From Auanema rhodensis (Eukaryota > Animalia > Nematoda): a DNA stretch of 64,000 bases. Positions 43,901 to 57,900 of this stretch are shown piece by piece; position 1 is the first letter of the stretch, and each line of letters starts with the position of its first letter. Location: the NCBI GenBank assembly GCA_964057225.1, contig OZ059898.1, forward strand, positions 21,328,001 to 21,392,000, given 5' to 3'. The notes beneath the pieces were generated by a model, which saw only the letters and a program-made list of their open reading frames with translations, was not told where the DNA came from and did no database searches. Position numbers and translations under genes: made by a program.

Positions 43901-45498
43901 GTGAAAGATAAAGAGATGCGGTTTTCAAAATTAGATTCCCTATGTCCATATTAGTCTAAAAACAAATTTTTATCGATATTGGTTCATGGTAACCATGACT
44001 TTGAAATTTACGTGAACTTTAATTTATGCTAATTAAATGTACACGTGATGTGCACTTGGTATGTAACTCGCTTCACGTGAAAGATAAAGAGATGCGGTTT
44101 TCAAAATTAGATTCCCCATGTCCATATTAGTCTAAAAACAAATTTTTATTGATATTGGTGCATGGTAACCATGACTTTGAAATTTACGTGAACTTTAATT
44201 TATGCTAATTAAATGTACACGTGATGTGCACTTGGTATGTAACTCGCTTCACGTGAAAGATAAAGAGATGCGGTTTTCAAAATTAGATTCCCTATGTCCA
44301 TATTAGTCTAAAAACAAATTTTTATCGATATTGGTTCATGGTAACCATGACTTTGAAATTTACGTGAACTTTAATTTATGCTAATTAAATGTACACGTGA
44401 TGTGCACTTGGTATGTAACTCGCTTCACGTGAAAGATAAAGAGATGGGGTTTTCAAAATTAGATTCCCCATGTCCATATTAGTCTAAAAACAAATTTTTA
44501 TCGATATTGGTTCATGGTAACCATGACTTTGAAATTTACGTGAACTTTAATTTATGCTAATTGAATGTACACGTGATGTGCACTTGGTATGTAACTCGCT
44601 TCACGTGAAAGATAAAGAGATGGGGTTTTCAAAATTAGATTCCCCATGTCCATATTAGTCTAAAAACAAATTTTTATCGATATTGGTTCATGGTAACCAT
44701 GACTTTGAAATTTACGTGAACTTTAATTTATGCTAATTAAATGTACACGTGATGTGCACTTGGTATGTAACTCGCTTCACGTGAAAGATAAAGAGATGCG
44801 GTTTTCAAAATTAGATTCCCCATGTCCATATTAGTCTAAAAACAAATTTTTATTGATATTGGTGCATGGTAACCATGACTTTGAAATTTACGTGAACTTT
44901 AATTTATGCTAATTAAATGTACACGTGATGTGCACTTGGTATGTAACTCGCTTCACGTGAAAGATAAAGAGATGCGGTTTTCAAAATTAGATTCCCTATG
45001 TCCATATTAGTCTAAAAACAAATTTTTATCGATATTGGTTCATGGTAACCATGACTTTGAAATTTACGTGAACTTTAATTTATGCTAATTAAATGTACAC
45101 GTGATGTGCACTTGGTATGTAACTCGCTTCACGTGAAAGATAAAGAGATGCGGTTTTCGAAATTAGATTCCTCATGTCCATATTAGTCTAAAAACAAATT
45201 TTTATTGATATTGGTTCATGGTAACCATGACTTTGAAATTTACGTGAACTTTAATTTATGCTAATTAAATGTACACGTGATGTGCACTTGGTATGTAACT
45301 CGCTTCACGTGAAAGATAAAGAGATGCGGTTTTCAAAATTAGATTTCCCATGTCCATATTAGTCTAAAAACAAATTTTTATTGATATTGGTGCATGGTAA
45401 CCATGACTTTGAAATTTACGTGAACTTTAATTTATGCTAATCAAATGTACACGTGATGTGCACTTGGTATGTAACTCGCTTCACGTGAAAGATAAAGA

Positions 45499-45514
45499 GA
45501 TGTTTTAAAATTAG
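45499..45514 (+). other. 172-bp variant monomer (compound 3+1 bp deletion), copy 1
   Basis: gatgttttaaaattag instead of gatgcggttttcaaaattag. Confidence 0.93.
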
Positions 45515-46068
45515 ATTCCCCATGTCCATATTAGTCTAAAAACAAATTTTTATTGATATTGGTGCATGGTAAATATGACTTTGAAATTTACGTGAACTTT
45601 AATTTATGCTAATCAAATGTACACGTGATGTGCACTTGGTATGTAACTCGCTTCACGTGAAAGATAAAGAGATGCGGTTTTCAAAATTAGATTCCTCATG
45701 TCCATATTAGTCTAAAAACAAATTTTAATTGATATTGGTTCATGGTAACCATGACTTTGAAATTTACGTGAACTTTAATTTATGCTAATTAAATGTACAC
45801 GTGATGTGCACTTGGTATGTAACTCGCTTCACTTGAAAGATAAAGAGATGCGGTTTTCAAAATTAGATTTCCCATGTCCATATTAGTCTAAAAACAAATT
45901 TTTATTGATATTGGTTCATGGTAACCATGACTTTGAAATTTACGTGAACTTTGATTTATGCTAATTAAATGTACACGTGATGTGCACTTGGTATGTAACC
46001 CGCTTCACGTGAAAGATAAAGAGATGCGGTTTTCAAAATTAGATTCCCCATGTCCATATTAGTCTAAA

Positions 46069-46108
46069 AACAAATTTTTATTGATATTAACAAATTTTAA
46101 TTGATATT
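46069..46108 (+). other. +20-bp out-of-register junction (imperfect 20-bp tandem repeat)
   Basis: aacaaatttttattgatatt (46069-46088) is followed by aacaaattttaattgatatt (46089-46108). Confidence 0.93.
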
Positions 46109-49100
46109 GGTTCATGGTAACCATGACTTTGAAATTTACGTGAACTTTAATTTATGCTAATTAAATGTACACGTGATGTGCACTTGGTATGTAACTCGCT
46201 TCACTTGAAAGATAAAGAGATGCGGTTTTCAAAATTAGATTCCTCATGTCCATATTAGTCTAAAAACAAATTTTTATTGATATTGGTGCATGGTAACCAT
46301 GACTTTGAAATTTACGTGAAATTTAATTTATGCTAATTAAATGTACACGTGATGTGCACTTGGTATGTAACTCGCTTCACGTGAAAGATAAAGAGATGCG
46401 GTTTTCAAAATTAGATTCCCCATGTCCATATTAGTATAAAAACGAATTTTCATTGATATTGGTGCATGGTAACCATGACTTTGAAATTTACGTGAACTTT
46501 GATTTATGCTAATTAAATGTACACGTGATGTGCACTTGGTATGTAACTCGCTTCACGTGAAAGATAAAGAGATGCGGTTTTCAAAATTAGATTCCCCATG
46601 TCCATATTAGTCTAAAAACAAATTTTTATTGATATTGGTGCATGGTAACCATGACTTTGAAATTTACGTGAACTTTAATTTATGCTAATTAAATGTACAC
46701 GTGATGTGCACTTGGTATGTAACTCGCTTCACGTGAAAGATAAAGAGATGCGGTTTTCAAAATTAGATTCCTCATGTCCATATTAGTCTAAAAACAAATT
46801 TTTATTGATATTGGTGCATGGTAACCATGACTTTGAAATTTACGTGAACTTTGATTTATGCTAATTAAATGTACACGTGATGTGCACTTGGTATGTAACT
46901 CGCTTCACGTGAAAGATAAAGAGATGCGGTTTTCAAAATTAGATTCCCCATGTCCATATTAGTCTAAAAACAAATTTTTATTGATATTGGTGCATGGTAA
47001 CCATGACTTTGAAATTTACGTGAACTTTAATTTATGCTAATTAAATGTACACGTGATGTGCACTTGGTATGTAACTCGCTTCACGTGAAAGATAAAGAGA
47101 TGCGGTTTTCACAATTAGATTCCCCATGTCCATATTAGTCTAAAAACAAATTTTAATTGATATTGGTTCATGGTAACCATGACTTTGAAATTTACGTGAA
47201 CTTTAATTTATGCTAATTAAATGTACACGTGATGTGCACTTGGTATGTAACTCGCTTCACTTGAAAGATAAAGAGATGCGGTTTTCAAAATTAGATTCCC
47301 CATGTCCATATTAGTCTAAAAACAAATTTTTATCGATATTGGTTCATGGTAACCATGACTTTGAAATTTACGTGAACTTTAATTTATGCTAATTAAATGT
47401 ACACGTGATGTGCACTTGGTATGTAAATCGCTTCACGTGAAAGATAAAGAGATGCGGTTTTCAAAATTAGATTCCCCATGTCCATATTAGTCTAAAAACA
47501 AATTTTTATTGATATTGGTTCATGGTAACCATGACTTTGAAATTTACGTGAACTTTGATTTATGCTAATTAAATGTACACGTGATGTGCACTTGGTATGT
47601 AACTCGCTTCACGTGAAAGATAAAGAGATGCGGTTTTCAAAATTAGATTTCCCATGTCCATATTAGTCTGAAATCAAACTTTTATTGATATTGGTTCATG
47701 GTAACCATGAATTTGAAATTTACGTGAACTTTAATTTATGCTAATTAAATGTACACGTGATGTGCACTTGGTATGTAACTCGCTTCACGTGGAAGATAAA
47801 GAGATGCGGTTTTCAAAATTAGATTCCTCATGTCCATATTAGTCTAAAAACAAATTTTTATTGATATTGGTGCATGGTAACCATGACTTTGAAATTTACG
47901 TGAACTTTAATTTATGCTAATTAAATGTACACGTGATGTGCACTTGGTATGTAACTCGCTTCACGTGAAAGATAAAGAGATGCGGTTTTCAAAATTAGAT
48001 TCCCCATGTCCATATTAGTCTAAAAACAAATTTTTATTGATATTGGTGCATGGTAACCATGACTTTGAAATTTACGTGAACTTTAATTTATGCTAATTAA
48101 ATGTACACGTGATGTGCACTTGGTATGTAACTCGCTTCACGTGAAAGATAAAGAGATGCGGTTTTCAAAATTAGATTCCCCATGTCCATATTAGTCTAAA
48201 AACAAATTATTATCGATATTGGTTCATGGTAACCATGACTTTGAAATTTACGTGAACTTTAATTTATGCTAATTAAATGTACACGTGATGTGCACTTGGT
48301 ATGTAACTCGCTTCACGTGAAAGATAAAGAGATGCGGTTTTCACAATTAGATTCCCCATGTCCATATTAGTCTAAAATCAAATTTTTATTGATATTGGTT
48401 CATGGTAACCATGACTTTGAAATTTACGTGAACTTTAATTCATGCTAATTAAATGTACACGTGATGTTCACTTGGTATGTAACTCGCTTCACGTGGAAGA
48501 TAAAGAGATGCGGTTTTCAAAATTAGATTCCTCATGTCCATATTAGTCTAAAAACAAATTTTTATTGATATTGGTGCATGGTAACCATGACTTTGAAATT
48601 TACGTGAACTTTAATTTATGCTAATTAAATGTACACGTGATGTGCACTTGGTATGTAACTCGCTTCACGTGAAAGATAAAGAGATGCAGTTTTCAAAATT
48701 AGATTCCTCATGTCCATATTAGTCTAAAAACAAATTTTTATTGATATTGGTTCATGGTAACCATGACTTTGAAATTTACGTGAACTTTAATTTATGCTAA
48801 TTAAATGTACACGTGATGTGCACTTGGTATGTAACTCGCTTCACGTGAAAGATAAAGAGATGCGGTTTTCAAAATTAGATTCCCCATGTCCATATTAGTC
48901 TAAAAACAAATTTTTATTGATATTGGTGCATGGTAACCATGACTTTGAAATTTACGTGAACTTTAATTTATGCTAATTAAATGTACACGTGATGTGCACT
49001 TGGTATGTAACTCGCTTCACGTGAAAGATAAAGAGATGCGGTTTTCAAAATTAGATTCCCCATGTCCATATTAGTCTAAAAACAAATTATTATCGATATT

Positions 49101-52100
49101 GGTTCATGGTAACCATGACTTTGAAATTTACGTGAACTTTAATTTATGCTAATTAAATGTACACGTGATGTGCACTTGGTATGTAACTCGCTTCACGTGA
49201 AAGACAAAGAGATGCGGTTTTCAAAATTAGATTCCCCATGTCCATATTAGTCTAAAAACAAATTTTTATTGATATTGGTGCATGGTAACCATGACTTTGA
49301 AATTTACGTGAACTTTAATTTATGCTAATTAAATGTACACGTGATGTGCACTTGGTATGTAACTCGCTTCACGTGAAAGATAAAGAGATGAGGTTTTCAA
49401 AATTAGATTCCTCATGTCCATATTAGTCTAAAAACAAATTTTTATTGATATTGGTTCATGGTAACCATGACTTTGAAATTTACGTGAACTTTAATTTATG
49501 CTAATTAAATGTACACGTGATGTGAACTTGGTATGTAACCCGCTTCACGTGAAAGATAAAGAGATGCGGTTTTCAAAATTAGATTCCCCATGTCCATGTT
49601 AGTCTAAAAACAAATTTTTATTGATATTGGTGCATGGTAACCATGACTTTGAAATTTACGTGAACTTTAATTTATGCTAATTAAATGTACACGTGATGTG
49701 CACTTGGTATGTAACTCGCTTCACGTGAAAGATAAAGAGATGCGGTTTTCAAAATTAGATTCCCCAAATCCATATTAGTCTAAAAACAAATTTTTATTGA
49801 TATTGGTTCATGATAACCATGACTTTGAAATTTACGTGAACTTTAATTTATGCTAATTAAATGTACACGTGATGTGCACTTGGTATGTAACTCGCTTCAC
49901 GTGAAAGATAAAGAGATGCGGGTTTCAAAATTAGATTCCCCATGTCCATATTAGTCTAAAAACAAATTTTTATTGATATTGGTTCATGGTAACCATGACT
50001 TTGAAATTTACGTGAACTTTAATTTATGCTAATTAAATGTACACGTGATGTGCACTTGGTATGTAACTCGCTTCACGTGAAAGATAAAGAGATGCGGTTT
50101 TCAAAATTAGATTCCCCATGTCCATATTAGTCTAAAAACAAATTTTTATTGATATTGGTGCATGGTAACCATGACTTTGAAATTTACGTGAACTTTAATT
50201 TATGCTAATTAAATGTACACGTGATGTGCACTTGGTATGTAACTCGCTTCACGTGAAAGATAAAGAGATGCGGTTTTCAAAATTAGATTCCCCATGTCCA
50301 TATTAGTCTAAAAACAAATTTTTATTGATATTGGTGCATGGTAACCATGACTTTGAAATTTACGTGAACTTTAATTTATGCTAATTAAATGTACACGTGA
50401 TGTGCACTTGGTATGTAACTCGCTTCACGTGAAAGATAAAGAGATGCGGTTTTCAAAATTAGATTCCCCATGTCCATATTAGTCTAAAAACAAATTTTTA
50501 TTGATATTGGTTCATGGTAACCATGACTTTGAAATTTACGTGAACTTTAATTTATGCTAATTAAATGTACACGTGATGTGCACTTGGTATGTAACTCGCT
50601 TCACGTGAAAGATAAAGAGATGCGGTTTTCAAAATTAGATTCCCCATGTCCATATTAGTCTAAAAACAAATTTTTATTGATATTGGTGCATGGTAACCAT
50701 GACTTTGAAATTTACGTGAACTTTAATTTAAGCTAATTAAATGTTCACGTGATGTGCACTTGGTATGTAACTCGCTTCACGTGAAAGATAAAGAGATGCG
50801 GTTTTCAAAATTAGATTCCCCATGTCCATATTAGTCTAAAAACAAATTTTTATTGATATTGGTGCATGGTAACCATGACTTTGAAATTTACGTGAACTTT
50901 AATTTATGCTAATTAAATGTACACATGATGTGCACTTGGTATGTAACTCGCTTCACGTGAAAGATAAAGAGATGCGGTTTTCAAAATTAGATTCCCGATG
51001 TTCATATTAGTCTAAAAACAAATTTTTATTGATATTGGTTCATGGTAACCATGACTTTGAAATTTACGTGAACTTTAATTTATGCTAATCAAATGTACAC
51101 GTGATGTGCACTTGGTATGTAACTCGCTTCACGTGAAAGATAAAGAGATGCGGTTTTCAAAATTAGATTCCCCATGTCCATATTAGTCTAAAAACAAATT
51201 TTTATTGATATTGGTGCATGGTAACCATGACTTTGAAATTTACGTGAACTTTAATTTATGCTAATTAAATGTACACATGATGTGCACTTGGTATGTAACT
51301 CGCTTCACGTGAAAGATAAAGAGATGCGGTTTTCAAAATTAGATTCCCCATGTCCAAATTAGTCTAAAAACAAATTTTTATTGATATTGGTGCATGGTAA
51401 CCATGACTTTGAAATTTACGTGAACTTTAATTTATGCTAATTAAATGTACACATGATGTGCACTTGGTATGTAACTCGCTTCACGTGAAAGATAAAGAGA
51501 TGCGGTTTTCAAAATTAGATTCCCCATGTCCAAATTAGTCTAAAAACAAATTTTTATTGATATTGGTGCATGGTAACCATGACTTTGAAATTTACGTGAA
51601 CTTTAATTTATGCTAATTAAATGTACACATGATGTGCACTTGGTATGTAACTCGCTTCACGTGAAAGATAAAGAGATGCGGTTATCAAAATTAGATTCCC
51701 GATGTTCATATTAGTCTAAAAACAAATTTTTATTGATATTGGTTCATGGTAACCATGACTTTGAAATTTACGTGAACTTTAATTTATGCTAATCAAATGT
51801 ACACGTGATGTGCACTTGGTATGTAACTCGCTTCACGTGAAAGATAAAGAGATGCGGTTTTCAAAATTAGATTCCCCATGTCCATATTAGTCTAAAAACA
51901 AATTTTTATTGATATTGGTGCATGGTAAATATGACTTTGAAATTTACGTGAACTTTAATTTATGCTAATCAAATGTACACGTGATGTGCACTTGGTATGT
52001 AACTCGCTTCACGTGAAAGATAAAGAGATGCGGTTTTCAAAATTAGATTCCCCATGTCCATATTAGTCTAAAAACAAATTTTTATTGATATTGGTGCATG

Positions 52101-54842
52101 GTAACCATGACTTTGAAATTTACGTGAACTTTAATTTATGCTAATTAAATGTACACATGATGTGCACTTGGTATGTAACTCGCTTCACGTGAAAGATAAA
52201 GAGATGCGGTTTTCAAAATTAGATTCCCGATGTTCATATTAGTCTAAAAACAAATTTTTATTGATATTGGTTCATGGTAACCATGACTTTGAAATTTACG
52301 TGAACTTTAATTTATGCTAATTAAATGTACACGTGATGTGCACTTGGTATGTAACTCGCTTCACGTGAAAGATAAAGAGATGCGGTTTCCAAAATTAGAT
52401 TCCCCAAGTCCATATTAGTCTAAAAACAAATTTTTATTGATATTGGTTCATGGTAACCATGACTTTGAAATTTACGTGAACTTTAATTTATGCTAATTAA
52501 ATGTACACGTGATGTGCACTTGGTATGTAACTCGCTTCACGTGAAAGATAAAGAGATGCGGTTTTCAAAATTAGATTTCCCATGTCCATATTAGTCTAAA
52601 AACAAATTTTTATTGATATTGGTGCATGGTAACCATGACTTTGAAATTTACGTGAACTTTGATTTATGCTAATTAAATGTACACGTGATGTGCACTTGGT
52701 ATGTAACCCGCTTCACGTGAAAGATAAAGAGATGCGGTTTTCAAAATTAGATTCCCCATGTCCATATTAGTCTAAAAACAAATTTTTATTGATATTGGTG
52801 CATGGTAACCATGACTTTGAAATTTACGTGAACTTTAATTTATGCTAATTAAATGTACACGTGATGTGCACTTGGTATGTAACTCGCTTCACGTGAAAGA
52901 TAAAGAGATGCGGTTTTCGAAATTAGATTCCTCATGTCCATATTAGTCTAAAAACAAATTTTTATTGATATTGGTTCATGGTAACCATGACTTTGAAATT
53001 TACGTGAACTTTAATTTATGCTAATTAAATGTACACGTGATGTGCACTTGGTATGTAACTCGCTTCACGTGAAAGATAAAGAGATGCGGTTTTCAAAATT
53101 AGATTCCCCATGTCCATATTAGTCTAAAAACAAATTTTTATTGATATTGGTGCATGGTAACCATGACTTTGAAATTTACGTGAACTTTAATTTATGCTAA
53201 TTAAATGTACACGTGATGTGCACTTGGTATGTAACTCGCTTCACGTGAAAGATAAAGAGATGCGGTTTTCAAAATTAGATTCCCTATGTCCATATTAGTC
53301 TAAAAACAAATTTTTATCGATATTGGTTCATGGTAACCATGACTTTGAAATTTACGTGAACTTTAATTTATGCTAATTAAATGTACACGTGATGTGCACT
53401 TGGTATGTAACTCGCTTCACGTGAAAGATAAAGAGATGCGGTTTTCAAAATTAGATTCCCCATGTCCATATTAGTCTAAAAACAAATTTTTATTGATATT
53501 GGTGCATGGTAACCATGACTTTGAAATTTACGTGAACTTTAATTTATGCTAATTAAATGTACACGTGATGTGCACTTGGTATGTAACTCGCTTCACGTGA
53601 AAGATAAAGAGATGCGGTTTTCAAAATTAGATTCCCTATGTCCATATTAGTCTAAAAACAAATTTTTATCGATATTGGTTCATGGTAACCATGACTTTGA
53701 AATTTACGTGAACTTTAATTTATGCTAATTAAATGTACACGTGATGTGCACTTGGTATGTAACTCGCTTCACGTGAAAGATAAAGAGATGGGGTTTTCAA
53801 AATTAGATTCCCCATGTCCATATTAGTCTAAAAACAAATTTTTATCGATATTGGTTCATGGTAACCATGACTTTGAAATTTACGTGAACTTTAATTTATG
53901 CTAATTGAATGTACACGTGATGTGCACTTGGTATGTAACTCGCTTCACGTGAAAGATAAAGAGATGGGGTTTTCAAAATTAGATTCCCCATGTCCATATT
54001 AGTCTAAAAACAAATTTTTATCGATATTGGTTCATGGTAACCATGACTTTGAAATTTACGTGAACTTTAATTTATGCTAATTAAATGTACACGTGATGTG
54101 CACTTGGTATGTAACTCGCTTCACGTGAAAGATAAAGAGATGCGGTTTTCAAAATTAGATTCCCCATGTCCATATTAGTCTAAAAACAAATTTTTATTGA
54201 TATTGGTGCATGGTAACCATGACTTTGAAATTTACGTGAACTTTAATTTATGCTAATTAAATGTACACGTGATGTGCACTTGGTATGTAACTCGCTTCAC
54301 GTGAAAGATAAAGAGATGCGGTTTTCAAAATTAGATTCCCTATGTCCATATTAGTCTAAAAACAAATTTTTATCGATATTGGTTCATGGTAACCATGACT
54401 TTGAAATTTACGTGAACTTTAATTTATGCTAATTAAATGTACACGTGATGTGCACTTGGTATGTAACTCGCTTCACGTGAAAGATAAAGAGATGCGGTTT
54501 TCGAAATTAGATTCCTCATGTCCATATTAGTCTAAAAACAAATTTTTATTGATATTGGTTCATGGTAACCATGACTTTGAAATTTACGTGAACTTTAATT
54601 TATGCTAATTAAATGTACACGTGATGTGCACTTGGTATGTAACTCGCTTCACGTGAAAGATAAAGAGATGCGGTTTTCAAAATTAGATTTCCCATGTCCA
54701 TATTAGTCTAAAAACAAATTTTTATTGATATTGGTGCATGGTAACCATGACTTTGAAATTTACGTGAACTTTAATTTATGCTAATCAAATGTACACGTGA
54801 TGTGCACTTGGTATGTAACTCGCTTCACGTGAAAGATAAAGA

Positions 54843-54858
54843 GATGTTTTAAAATTAG
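54843..54858 (+). other. 172-bp variant monomer (same deletion), copy 2
   Basis: Identical deletion 9344 bp downstream (53x176+16), with identical flanking variants (aatcaaat, gtaaatatg). Confidence 0.93.
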
Positions 54859-54999
54859 ATTCCCCATGTCCATATTAGTCTAAAAACAAATTTTTATTGA
54901 TATTGGTGCATGGTAAATATGACTTTGAAATTTACGTGAACTTTAATTTATGCTAATCAAATGTACACGTGATGTGCACTTGGTATGTAACTCGCTTCA

Positions 55000-57900
55000 C
55001 GTGAAAGATAAAGAGATGCGGTTTTCAAAATTAGATTCCTCATGTCCATATTAGTCTAAAAACAAATTTTAATTGATATTGGTTCATGGTAACCATGACT
55101 TTGAAATTTACGTGAACTTTAATTTATGCTAATTAAATGTACACGTGATGTGCACTTGGTATGTAACTCGCTTCACTTGAAAGATAAAGAGATGCGGTTT
55201 TCAAAATTAGATTTCCCATGTCCATATTAGTCTAAAAACAAATTTTTATTGATATTGGTTCATGGTAACCATGACTTTGAAATTTACGTGAACTTTGATT
55301 TATGCTAATTAAATGTACACGTGATGTGCACTTGGTATGTAACCCGCTTCACGTGAAAGATAAAGAGATGCGGTTTTCAAAATTAGATTCCCCATGTCCA
55401 TATTAGTCTAAAAACAAATTTTTATTGATATTGGTGCATGGTAACCATGACTTTGAAATTTACGTGAACTTTAATTTATGCTAATTAAATGTACACGTGA
55501 TGTGCACTTGGTATGTAACTCGCTTCACGTGAAAGATAAAGAGATGCGGTTTTCGAAATTAGATTCCTCATGTCCATATTAGTCTAAAAACAAATTTTTA
55601 TTGATATTGGTTCATGGTAACCATGACTTTGAAATTTACGTGAACTTTAATTTATGCTAATTAAATGTACACGTGATGTGCACTTGGTATGTAACCCGCT
55701 TCACGTGAAAGATAAAGAGATGCGGTTTTCAAAATTAGATTCCCCATGTCCATATTAGTCTAAAAACAAATTTTTATTGATATTGGTGCATGGTAACCAT
55801 GACTTTGAAATTTACGTGAACTTTAATTTATGCTAATTAAATGTACACGTGATGTGCACTTGGTATGTAACTCGCTTCACGTGAAAGATAAAGAGATGCG
55901 GTTTTCAAAATTAGATTCCCTATGTCCATATTAGTCTAAAAACAAATTTTTATCGATATAGGTTCATGGTAACCATGACTTTGAAATTTACGTGAACTTT
56001 AATTTATGCTAATTAAATGTACACGTGATGTGCACTTGGTATGTAACTCGCTTCACGTGAAAGATAAAGAGATGCGGTTTTCAAAATTAGATTCCCCATG
56101 TCCATATTAGTCTAAAAACAAATTTTTATTGATATTGGTGCATGGTAACCATGACTTTGAAATTTACGTGAACTTTAATTTATGCTAATTAAATGTACAC
56201 GTGATGTGCACTTGGTATGTAACTCGCTTCACGTGAAAGATAAAGAGATGCGGTTTTCAAAATTAGATTCCCTATGTCCATATTAGTCTAAAAACAAATT
56301 TTTATCGATATTGGTTCATGGTAACCATGACTTTGAAATTTACGTGAACTTTAATTTATGCTAATTAAATGTACACGTGATGTGCACTTGGTATGTAACT
56401 CGCTTCACGTGAAAGATAAAGAGATGGGGTTTTCAAAATTAGATTCCCCATGTCCATATTAGTCTAAAAACGAATTTTTATCGATATTGGTTCATGGTAA
56501 CCATGACTTTGAAATTTACGTGAACTTTAATTTATGCTAATTGAATGTACACGTGATGTGCACTTGGTATGTAACTCGCTTCACGTGAAAGATAAAGAGA
56601 TGGGGTTTTCAAAATTAGATTCCCCATGTCCATATTAGTCTAAAAACAAATTTTTATCGATATTGGTTCATGGTAACCATGACTTTGAAATTTACGTGAA
56701 CTTTAATTTATGCTAATTAAATGTACACGTGATGTGCACTTGGTATGTAACTCGCTTCACGTGAAAGATAAAGAGATGCGGTTTTCAAAATTAGATTCCC
56801 TATGTCCATATTAGTCTAAAAACAAATTTTTATCGATATTGGTTCATGGTAACCATGACTTTGAAATTTACGTGAACTTTAATTTATGCTAATTAAATGT
56901 ACACGTGATGTGCACTTGATATGTAACTCGCTTCACGTGAAAGATAAAGAGATGGGGTTTTCAAAATTAGATTCCCCATGTCCATATTAGTCTAAAAACA
57001 AATTTTTATCGATATTGGTTCATGGTAACCATGACTTTGAAATTTACGTGAACTTTAATTTATGCTAATTAAATGTACACGTGATGTGCACTTGGTATGT
57101 AACTCGCTTCACGTGAAAGATAAAGAGATGCGGTTTTCAAAATTAGATTCCCCATGTCCATATTAGTCTAAAAACAAATTTTTATTGATATTGGTGCATG
57201 GTAACCATGACTTTGAAATTTACGTGAACTTTAATTTATGCTAATTAAATGTACACGTGATGTGCACTTGGTATGTAACTCGCTTCACGTGAAAGATAAA
57301 GAGATGCGGTTTTCAAAATTAGATTCCCTATGTCCATATTAGTCTAAAAACAAATTTTTATCGATATTGGTTCATGGTAACCATGACTTTGAAATTTACG
57401 TGAACTTTAATTTATGCTAATTAAATGTACACGTGATGTGCACTTGGTATGTAACTCGCTTCACGTGAAAGATAAAGAGATGCGGTTTTCGAAATTAGAT
57501 TCCTCATGTCCATATTAGTCTAAAAACAAATTTTTATTGATATTGGTTCATGGTAACCATGACTTTGAAATTTACGTGAACTTTAATTTATGCTAATTAA
57601 ATGTACACGTGATGTGCACTTGGTATGTAACTCGCTTCACGTGAAAGATAAAGAGATTCGGTTTTCAAAATTAGATTTCCCATGTCCATATTAGTCTAAA
57701 AACAAATTTTTATTGATATTGGTGCATGGTAACCATGACTTCGAAATTTACGTGAACTTTGATTTATGCTAATTAAATGTACACGTGATGTGCACTTGGT
57801 ATGTAACTCGCTTCACGTGAAAGATAAAGAGATGCGGTTTTCAAAATTAGATTCCCCATGTCCATATTAGTCTAAAAACAAATTTTTATTGATATTGGTG

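Noticed and set aside
35800-45393. Pure sequencing fold-back chimera as the explanation for the palindrome
   Set aside because: This is disfavoured, though not excluded without reads. The arms differ by three whole monomers and a SNP, and the inverted arm shares markers (gtccaaatt, gcgggtttc) with the distal copy that are absent from the adjacent arm.
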